Shown here: piece after piece, positions 57,327 through 64,000 of the stretch
How positions within the stretch are numbered: the stretch's first letter is position 1
Layout of the letters: the number at the start of each line of letters is the position of its first letter
Source: Candidatus Pacearchaeota archaeon
GTDB lineage: Archaea > Nanobdellota > Nanobdellia > Pacearchaeales > GW2011-AR1
Reading direction: 5' to 3'
NCBI GenBank assembly: GCA_018304045.1
Contig: JAGVWZ010000009.1
Coordinates: forward strand, 13 to 64,012
Length of the DNA stretch: 64,000 nt
The notes under the pieces: model-generated
Databases searched by the model: none
Seen by the model: the letters and a program-made list of their open reading frames with translations, nothing else
Told to the model about the DNA's origin: nothing
Position numbers and translations under genes: made by a program

Positions 57327-57866
57327 ATGATAAGACGAAGAAAAAAATATTCAAGGCCAAAAAAACCTTTTGATAAACAAAGAATTGAAGCTGAAAATGA
57401 ATTAATTGAAAAATATGGGTTAAAGAGTAAAAGGGAAATTTGGAAAGCAGATTCTTCAATTGCAAAAATAAGAAATTTGGCAAAAGAATTAATCACCAAA
57501 ACAGATGAAGAAAAAAATGCATTTATTGAAAGATTACAAAAAAAAGGATATAATGTTCAAATACTCCAGGATGCTCTTGCACTTGATAAAGAAGATTTAT
57601 TAAAGAGAAGACTACAAACAATAGTTTTCTTAAAAGGATTTGTAAGAACTCCTAAACAAGCTAGGCAATTGATTGTACATAGACATGTCTCTTTGGGAGA
57701 AAATATTATTAATATTCCTTCATATAATGTTGATTTAAATGAAGAAAGTGATGTTCGACTAAATATAGTTTTAAAAGTTCCAGAATCAAAAAAATCAAAA
57801 ATAGAACAAATAAAAGAAGATGTTTTAAATGAAGAAAATAATATTGAGGGGGGATTGATTGAATAA
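57327..57866 (+). CDS. rps4: 30S ribosomal protein S4 (uS4)
   Basis: MIRRRKKYSRPKKPF and an S4 domain (RRLQTIVFLKGFVRTPKQARQLIVHRHV). Confidence 0.9.
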   Translation: MIRRRKKYSRPKKPFDKQRIEAENELIEKYGLKSKREIWKADSSIAKIRNLAKELITKTDEEKNAFIERLQKKGYNVQILQDALALDKEDLLKRRLQTIVFLKGFVRTPKQARQLIVHRHVSLGENIINIPSYNVDLNEESDVRLNIVLKVPESKKSKIEQIKEDVLNEENNIEGGLIE

Positions 57867-58300
57867 TGGTAGAAGAAATGATTGAAAAGGAAATAGAAGT
57901 TGAAGAAAAAAAGGAAAAACCAAAGGAAGAAAGAATTGGAATTTTGAACATCTATACTACTTTTAATAATACTATTATTAATCTTACAGACTTGTCTGGA
58001 AATACAATTGCTAAATATTCTGGAGGGATGTCTACAAAACAAAGCAGATTAAAGGCAAATCCAACAATTGCAATGTTTGTAGCACAAAGAATTGTTGATG
58101 ATGCAAAGGACAATGGAATAACTGGATTTTATGTTAAAATAAGGGCTGAAACAGGGCAAGCAAATCCTGGACCTGGTGCACATTCTGCAATAAAAGCATT
58201 GACAAGGGCAGGATTTAAAATTATTAGCATAATTGACACAACAAAAATAGCTAGAGGCGGGCCAAAGGCTAAGGGTGGAAGAAGGGGAAGAAGAGTATAA
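57866..58300 (+). CDS. rps11: 30S ribosomal protein S11 (uS11)
   Basis: GILNIYTTFNNTIINLTD and ITGFYVKIRA...GPGAHSAIKALTRAGFKI. Acidic N-terminal extension. TAATG overlap with rps4. Confidence 0.9.
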   Translation: MVEEMIEKEIEVEEKKEKPKEERIGILNIYTTFNNTIINLTDLSGNTIAKYSGGMSTKQSRLKANPTIAMFVAQRIVDDAKDNGITGFYVKIRAETGQANPGPGAHSAIKALTRAGFKIISIIDTTKIARGGPKAKGGRRGRRV

Positions 58301-58357
58301 GAAATGGAAGATTTAAAAACGTCCTAAATCTAAAAATAATATAAAATACAAAACAAT

Positions 58358-58380
58358 ACAGAAAATTAAGAATTTTCTGT
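58358..58380 (+). promoter_or_regulatory. leader palindrome 2 (upstream of rpoD)
   Basis: acagaaaatt-aag-aattttctgt, 28 nt upstream of the ATG at 58409. Followed by ctgttcgtttttataaaaaacaaac. Confidence 0.45.
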
Positions 58381-58408
58381 CTGTTCGTTTTTATAAAAAA
58401 CAAACAAC

Positions 58409-59074
58409 ATGATAAAAATAAAAAATTCAAATGAGAAAGAAGGAAAATTAAGTTTTACTACTGATATGTCTACTAGTCTTGCTAATGCAATTAGAAGAAG
58501 TGTGCTTGAAATACCTATACTTGCAATTGATGAAGTTGAAATAGTTAAAAATGATTCTGCATTATATGATGAAATAATTGCCCATAGACTTGGACTTGTT
58601 CCAATTAAAACTGATAAAGGTGAAAAGGAAGTTAAATTTAAATTAAAAGAATCTGGTCCTAAAATGGTCTACTCAACTGACCTAAAACCTTCTGTGGAAA
58701 CAGATCATAAACTACCTATTGTTTTACTAGATAATGAACAGGAACTAGAAGTTGTTTGTGAAGCTAGACTTGGCAAAGGAATTAATCATATAAAACATTC
58801 TCCGGGACTTGTATATTTTAAACATAATATTGAAGAAGAACTTCTTGATTTTATAGCAATTGATGAAAAAGGACAGGTCAAATTTGATGAAGAAGAATTA
58901 AAACATAAAAAATTAAGTGAAGATAAAATAAAAAAAATTAAAAAATTAAAAAATGTTGATGAATTAGAAGTTAACATTGAATCTTGGGGACAAATCAAAA
59001 CAAAAGATATTTTCTTAAGGGCTATTGATGCTTTAAGCAATAATCTTGAAGAATTAAATAAAGAGATTAAATAA
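58409..59074 (+). CDS. rpoD: DNA-directed RNA polymerase subunit D (Rpo3)
   Basis: 221 aa with [19 protein letters not shown] and [10 protein letters not shown]. Conserved position after rps11. Confidence 0.85.
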   Translation: MIKIKNSNEKEGKLSFTTDMSTSLANAIRRSVLEIPILAIDEVEIVKNDSALYDEIIAHRLGLVPIKTDKGEKEVKFKLKESGPKMVYSTDLKPSVETDHKLPIVLLDNEQELEVVCEARLGKGINHIKHSPGLVYFKHNIEEELLDFIAIDEKGQVKFDEEELKHKKLSEDKIKKIKKLKNVDELEVNIESWGQIKTKDIFLRAIDALSNNLEELNKEIK

Positions 59075-59111
59075 TAAACTATTTAATCTGGTATTTTCCC
59101 CATAATAATAT

Positions 59112-59195
59112 GCGGGAATGCCAGAGCGGTCAAATGGGCATGCTTAAGGAGCATGTGGCTTAGTGCCTTCGAAGGTTCAAATCCTTCTTCCCGCA
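59112..59195 (+). tRNA. tRNA-Leu, class II; anticodon reads AAG by standard numbering (uncertain)
   Basis: GCGGGAA/TTCCCGC acceptor, CATGC-TTAAGGA-GCATG anticodon arm, variable arm TGGCTTAGTGCCTTC (identical to the other tRNA-Leu), GAAGG-TTCAAAT-CCTTC T-arm. 84 nt. Confidence 0.85.
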
Positions 59196-59239
59196 TCATA
59201 CTCATATGGGGGTTTCAAATCCCAAGGGAATTTGAAAAT

Positions 59240-59262
59240 ACAGGAAATTAAGAATTTCCTGT
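59240..59262 (+). promoter_or_regulatory. leader palindrome 3 (upstream of rpl18e)
   Basis: acaggaaatt-aag-aatttcctgt, 28 nt upstream of the ATG at 59291. Confidence 0.45.
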
Positions 59263-59290
59263 CTCCTCACTTTAAGAGGTAAAGTTTCAG

Positions 59291-59647
59291 ATGATAAGCA
59301 AAACACAAATCAACAAAAGATTAGAAAAGAAAAGAAATCCTGAATTAAGGGAGATAATTACATTAGCAAAAGCTAAATCTCTTTTAGAATTAGGAAAGAA
59401 ATTAACAGGGCCTACAAAAAAACAATCATCAATAAATGTTGGGGAATTAAATGAAATTGAAGAAAAAAATATTATTGTTGTGGGAAGAGTTTTAGGGCAG
59501 GGTGAGATTGATAAGAAAATAACTGTTGCTGCCCTAGGATTTTCAGAGCAGGCAAGGGAAAAACTTGCAAAAGCTGGTTGTGAAATTAGAACAATTAAAC
59601 AGGAAATAGAAAAAAATCCTGGATTAAAAGGAGTTAAAATATTATAA
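59291..59647 (+). CDS. rpl18e: 50S ribosomal protein L18e (eL18)
   Basis: 118 aa with VVGRVLGQGEIDKKITVAALGFSEQAREKLAKAG. Confidence 0.85.
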   Translation: MISKTQINKRLEKKRNPELREIITLAKAKSLLELGKKLTGPTKKQSSINVGELNEIEEKNIIVVGRVLGQGEIDKKITVAALGFSEQAREKLAKAGCEIRTIKQEIEKNPGLKGVKIL

Positions 59648-59648
59648 A

Positions 59649-60053
59649 ATGGCTAAGTTAATAATCAATGGAGAAGATGCAATCCTTGGAAGACTTTGTA
59701 CATATATTGCTAAACAGGCTTTGTTAGGAGATGAAATAGTTATTTTAAATTCTGAAAAAGTTATAGTTACTGGAAATAAACAAAATGTAATTCAAAAATA
59801 TACAATTCTTAGGGGGCTTGGTGGAAGAGCTCAAAAAGGGCCTAATTATCCAAGCCAACCACATATGATTTTGAAAAGAGCAATAAGGGGGATGCTTCCA
59901 AGCCATAGGGAAGGTGTTGGAAGAGATGCATTTAAAAGAATCACTTGCTATGAGGGAATTCCTAGAGAATTTGAAAAAGAAAAAATAATAAAAATAAAGG
60001 TTTCAAAGCCTGAAAAATATATAACTTTAAAGGAGATTTCAGAAAAATTATAA
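59649..60053 (+). CDS. rpl13: 50S ribosomal protein L13 (uL13)
   Basis: 134 aa with ILGRLCTYIAKQAL and RAIRGMLP. Confidence 0.9.
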   Translation: MAKLIINGEDAILGRLCTYIAKQALLGDEIVILNSEKVIVTGNKQNVIQKYTILRGLGGRAQKGPNYPSQPHMILKRAIRGMLPSHREGVGRDAFKRITCYEGIPREFEKEKIIKIKVSKPEKYITLKEISEKL

Positions 60054-60163
60054 AATGAAACAAAAAATATTAGTAACATTAAATAAATCAGTAGGGAAAG
60101 CAAATGAGTTCATGCTAACATGCAAATCAAGCTTAATTAAATCTAACATTAATAATAAATAAT

Positions 60164-60568
60164 ATGGAAAAGAAATTGACAATAAGTGGGAAGAGAAAAA
60201 GTGCAATTGCAAAGGCAACAATCATAGCTGGAACAGGAAAAGTATTGATAAATAGAATTCCTTATGAAAAACTTGAATTTTTTAGAAAATTAATGATACA
60301 GGAACCTATTGAAATTGCAAAAAAGGTTCTTGGAGAATTTAATTATGATATCAAAGTTGGTTTAAAGGGTGGTGGAAGAGAAAGTCAAATACATGCGGCA
60401 AGACTCGCTATTGCAAGAGTTCTTGTTAAATTCACAAAGTCTGAAGATCTTAAAAAAGCATATAACAAATACGATAAGAATCTTCTTGTTGCAGATACAA
60501 GAAGAAAAGAAGCATATAAGCCTGGCGACAGTAAAGCTAGAGCAAAGAGACAAAAGAGTTTTAGATAG
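60164..60568 (+). CDS. rps9: 30S ribosomal protein S9 (uS9)
   Basis: 134 aa with GKRKSAIAKA, GGGRESQIHAARLAIARVL and a C-terminal ARAKRQKSFR. Confidence 0.9.
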   Translation: MEKKLTISGKRKSAIAKATIIAGTGKVLINRIPYEKLEFFRKLMIQEPIEIAKKVLGEFNYDIKVGLKGGGRESQIHAARLAIARVLVKFTKSEDLKKAYNKYDKNLLVADTRRKEAYKPGDSKARAKRQKSFR

Positions 60569-60709
60569 TTGTTGCAATAATTCTAAATAGATTAAGAATT
60601 TGTGGGAGAATTAATCCTCATCTAAAAATTACATTTCCTGTAAGAGAATTCTTTTCATCTTGGAGTATTTTTTTATCTTCAGACTCTTGATTATTTTCTC
60701 CTTCTTTAT

Positions 60710-63700
60710 TCATTTCTTAGATCTAGCTTCTTTTTCTTTTGCTTCTGGATAGACTTTTGCAGAATTTAACATATCCCTTACTTTAAAAAACATTTTTACA
60801 TTATTAACAGTTTCTTTTATTTTTTGTATTGGCTGAGCTTTTTTATCCCAAGGTGGGCTTTCTGTTCTCTGTCCTTTCATGTCTTTTTCTTCCATATGAA
60901 TCATATCATAAATCTTTTGAAATTCAATCTCAATTCTTACATCCTCTTGAGGCACTTCTTCAGGAGGCATAGGCTCTATTTTTATTATATCATTTTCATT
61001 TACTTGAGCATATAAGTTAAAGACAGTTGTTCCATTATCAATAATTCTTATAACTCCATCTATATTTCCACCATAGGATTTACTTATTTCTTTTATTTTT
61101 TCCATAAAGTTTTTATCCTGTTTTATTTGTTCTCTTTCTTCTGCAGTTGGACCTTCTTGATTTTTTCTTTCTGTTTTCTCTTCAGAAGATCCTGGAAATT
61201 CATGATTTTTCATTGATTTCTTCATTTCATATATTATAAATTCTTTTGATGGAAAAACCCAAACTTTCATATAAGGAGAAACAATCTGTACTTCTTTATC
61301 CATTCCCTCTAATTTTACTGTTTTTATTTCTTCCCAAAACTCAATACTCCCATATTCAGATTCATATTTTACATTAACAAGATTAACATCAGGTAAATTA
61401 TCTAATCCAAGGCACTGCATTCTATAGGCCATTTCTCTAGAATTCTCAACATCTTTCCAATAAAGCTCAAAAATTCCAGATACACTTTGTTCCCAGTTTT
61501 CTGCTGAATTAGTCAAATATTTTTCAAAAAACCATGTAACAAACTCCTGATTAAATCCTTTTTCAAATTCTTGTCTTTGTTTTTTTAAATTTTCAAAATC
61601 ATATTTACACCAATCAGCATCTCCTCCTGAATAGTACTTGTTTTTTAAGTTCTGTATTTGTTGAAAAGGATCTCCCCATCCTCCGAACCAGATAAATCCC
61701 TCTGTTTTTCCTTGGCTGGTTCTACAACTTCCGCCTACTTGGAAAACCCCTTTTTCTTCTTTATGTTCATCTTTATTTTCAAATTCTTTCCACCAATCTC
61801 CTCCTTTAGAACATTTCTCAATGCAATCATCTTCTGCTTTACAAGATTCTTCACATTTTTTTTGTGCTTCTTCTACTACACATTTAAGTTCTTCCCCACA
61901 TTCAGTTCTAATACATTTTTCAATACAAGGTCTTTTACATTCTTTTTCACATCTTTCTTTGTTTTCTTTGTTTCTTCTTTCATTTTCTTCATCTCTTCTT
62001 TCCTTATCCTCTTCTCTTCTTCTTTCATCATCTTTATTTTTATTATCCTCTTTATTTTGTTCACTGGGTTGATTATTTGGAGGATTTTGTTGATTTGATT
62101 CTTGATTTTCTGATTGTTGGTTTTGTTGATTTGATTCTTGATTTTCTGATTGTTGGTTTTGTTGATTTGATTCAGGACTTGATGTTAATTCCTGAGATGG
62201 GTTTGATTCTTCTGTATCAAATCCAGTAATAACCTTTCCAGTTACACTTGTTTCTTGAGAGCTAGATGGTCCTGAAGTTGATTCTGAAGTTGATTCAGAG
62301 GTTGTTTCTGATTCACTAGGACTTTGTTCTGTTCCTGCTGTTTCTTCTTGAATTGGATTAGATTCTTGTTGATTTTGCTCTTGAGTTTGTTCTTCTGTTT
62401 GTTGTTCTTGCTCTTTTTCACCAATAAGAACTTCTTCTACAGGTTCTGTAATAATAACTTGGGGAAGTACTTGACACATTCCATTATTGCAAATATTATC
62501 ATTTCCACAATCACTTGCACTTAAACATTCGTTTCCTACAATAGTCTCATTTCTAATTTCAGGTGTTTGTTCACATTCTCCTGTTTTTTCCCAAAATCCA
62601 TTATTACAAATTTCAACAATTCTTCCATCTGATTCACAAATTCTTTCGTCTCCCTCTATACATTCTAACTCCCTGCATTCGGTTAATTGGGTTACTTCAC
62701 ATTTATTTTCTCTACATTCTGCTATACCGCATGCTGGCTGAATACAATCTTCATTTACATTGCAGGAATCTGTTTCTTTTAAACAACTAGTTTCTATCGG
62801 GCAATTAGTATTATCATACCTACTAAAGAAAGCTTTACTTCCTTCTGAACAGTTTACAGATGGAAGTGCTTGGCAAATGACAGACACATTTCTTATAACT
62901 TCCTTTATTTCTTCCTTTGCTTTGCATTCTCCTTCAATGCAATAGAAATCAACCTCTGTTTCGTTTGTTTCATTTCCTTCTTGTATATTTTTTCCTTTAC
63001 CACAAATTTTTCCACCACATTGTTCATCAGCACAATCAATCTGGTTATTATTGTTATCATCTTGGTTGTTATTGCATATTTCTTCTCCTCTTTCTTTAAA
63101 TTCTTCAATAAGTCTTTTTTGGAATTCTACTTGAGTGTAGTAAGATTCTTTTATATCATAACCTGAAAATAAATTAGAATAAAATTGTTTTCTTGATTCA
63201 TAATTGCTTTTCATCAAATCTTTTGCTTTTTTATTTTTTTCTTGTTCTTGTTTTATCCAGCCATAATTCTGGTCAAATTCTTGGCGTTGTTCTTGAGTCA
63301 TTGATTTTCTCTGAGATTCATAGATTTTATCAAGTTCTTTCCAAACATCATTGGATTTTTGGCTCCAAGCATCATTTAATGGCCAGAGTTCACTTTTTGC
63401 ATTTATAATAGAATCAAAATCTTTATTCCCACAAGACTGCTTTATCTTATCTATTATACTTTTAACCTCTGCTTCAAACTCTCCAACCCCCATATTTTGA
63501 TATTTATCTGGAGATGGCTGGTTCATTTTCCCTTCTTTAATCTTAAATCCAGGTCCTCTTCCTTCAAACCTGAAATCTATATTTATCCAATTCCATTCAC
63601 ACTCATCACACATTTCTAATCTTGCTATTACTTCAAAATTATCTCCTTCGCAAAAATTAATCTCTTGAACAAGCAATTTTTGGGTTTGTTTTTTGTTTTC

Positions 63701-64000
63701 TGTACCAAAAATACTTGCCATTACATCTTCACATTTTTCTCCACTTTGTTCAAAATAAGATTTAAAGGTTTTTTCAGCAGTTACACTTTGTTTAGCTAAA
63801 TTTTCTGCATTTTCAGAAGAAGAATCTAAACTAAAATCTTGAGCTATTTCTTTAATTTCATTTATTTTTTCTTGGATATTTAACTGTTCTTCTGGTCTTT
63901 TGAATTCAATTTCAAAATTTAGCCTATAAACTAATTTTCCAACTAAATCTTCTAATTCTTTATTTTTATCTTTTTGGTCTTCATTATCTTCTTTAAACTC
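60710..64000 (-). CDS. giant Cys-rich, low-complexity (probably surface/secreted) protein, 5'-truncated by the window edge
   Basis: The frame stays open from 60710 past the first in-window Met (63721) to position 64000. It has multiple CxxxxC/EGF-like Cys modules, a Q/N/S/E-rich spacer, a KE/R-rich Cys block and a ~360-aa C-terminal domain of unknown type. Confidence 0.8.
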   Translation of the reverse strand, partial: EFKEDNEDQKDKNKELEDLVGKLVYRLNFEIEFKRPEEQLNIQEKINEIKEIAQDFSLDSSSENAENLAKQSVTAEKTFKSYFEQSGEKCEDVMASIFGTENKKQTQKLLVQEINFCEGDNFEVIARLEMCDECEWNWINIDFRFEGRGPGFKIKEGKMNQPSPDKYQNMGVGEFEAEVKSIIDKIKQSCGNKDFDSIINAKSELWPLNDAWSQKSNDVWKELDKIYESQRKSMTQEQRQEFDQNYGWIKQEQEKNKKAKDLMKSNYESRKQFYSNLFSGYDIKESYYTQVEFQKRLIEEFKERGEEICNNNQDDNNNNQIDCADEQCGGKICGKGKNIQEGNETNETEVDFYCIEGECKAKEEIKEVIRNVSVICQALPSVNCSEGSKAFFSRYDNTNCPIETSCLKETDSCNVNEDCIQPACGIAECRENKCEVTQLTECRELECIEGDERICESDGRIVEICNNGFWEKTGECEQTPEIRNETIVGNECLSASDCGNDNICNNGMCQVLPQVIITEPVEEVLIGEKEQEQQTEEQTQEQNQQESNPIQEETAGTEQSPSESETTSESTSESTSGPSSSQETSVTGKVITGFDTEESNPSQELTSSPESNQQNQQSENQESNQQNQQSENQESNQQNPPNNQPSEQNKEDNKNKDDERRREEDKERRDEENERRNKENKERCEKECKRPCIEKCIRTECGEELKCVVEEAQKKCEESCKAEDDCIEKCSKGGDWWKEFENKDEHKEEKGVFQVGGSCRTSQGKTEGFIWFGGWGDPFQQIQNLKNKYYSGGDADWCKYDFENLKKQRQEFEKGFNQEFVTWFFEKYLTNSAENWEQSVSGIFELYWKDVENSREMAYRMQCLGLDNLPDVNLVNVKYESEYGSIEFWEEIKTVKLEGMDKEVQIVSPYMKVWVFPSKEFIIYEMKKSMKNHEFPGSSEEKTERKNQEGPTAEEREQIKQDKNFMEKIKEISKSYGGNIDGVIRIIDNGTTVFNLYAQVNENDIIKIEPMPPEEVPQEDVRIEIEFQKIYDMIHMEEKDMKGQRTESPPWDKKAQPIQKIKETVNNVKMFFKVRDMLNSAKVYPEAKEKEARSKK
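62087..62173 (-). repeat. 36-nt in-frame tandem repeat (2.4 copies)
   Basis: ttgttgatttgattcttgattttctgattgttggtt is repeated head-to-tail at 62087, 62123 and 62159 (partial). It encodes ESNQQNQQSENQ units. Confidence 0.9.

Noticed and set aside
60055-60162. A 35-codon ORF (MKQKILVTLNKSVGKANEFMLTCKSSLIKSNINNK) that exactly fills the rpl13-rps9 spacer.
   Set aside because: It is too short, K/N-rich, with no motif. Archaeal S9 is already full length without it. It cannot be distinguished from chance in AT-rich DNA without conservation data.

Overview
Very AT-rich archaeal chromosome segment. Hand counts on single 60-nt lines give about 8-25% GC in most genes and 40-48% in a subset. Gene content indicates a small-genome, DPANN-like archaeon: AglB, RpoD/F/N, L21e/L18e, Rpp21, and the archaeal S13-S4-S11-RpoD-L18e-L13-S9 order. 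Layout: (i) 0.1-10.4 kb holds the N-glycosylation core (AglB, HexNAc-1-P transferase, GtrA, GT2s, an ArnT/PMT-like GT). (ii) 10.5-42.5 kb is a large glycan-tailoring supercluster and the best candidate here for undescribed biology. It has five cobalamin-type (class B) and two SPASM-like radical SAM enzymes, an ALS/YerE-like ThDP enzyme, a split transketolase and a ColD/E1-like PLP dehydratase with His replacing the Schiff-base Lys. It also has an NTP-transferase-CBS-GHMP kinase fusion, a 4,6-dehydratase, methyltransferases, GTs, a flippase and a GmhA/HldE/GmhB heptose module. (iii) SecDF. (iv) 45.5-47.3 kb is a tRNA/5S island with a frameshifted LAGLIDADG homing endonuclease and duplicated tRNA-Gly 3' fragments. 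(v) RpoN, Rpp21, Dus. (vi) 49-55.3 kb is a MacB-type ABC operon interleaved with compositionally foreign orphan genes. (vii) 55.5-60.6 kb holds ribosomal protein/RNAP operons with a recurring leader palindrome and a possible S4 translational switch. (viii) 60.7-64.0 kb is the 3' part of a giant Cys-rich low-complexity protein that runs off the window. No CRISPR array, integrase or transposase was seen. All calls come from reading the ORF translations and hand-folding RNAs; no database search was run.
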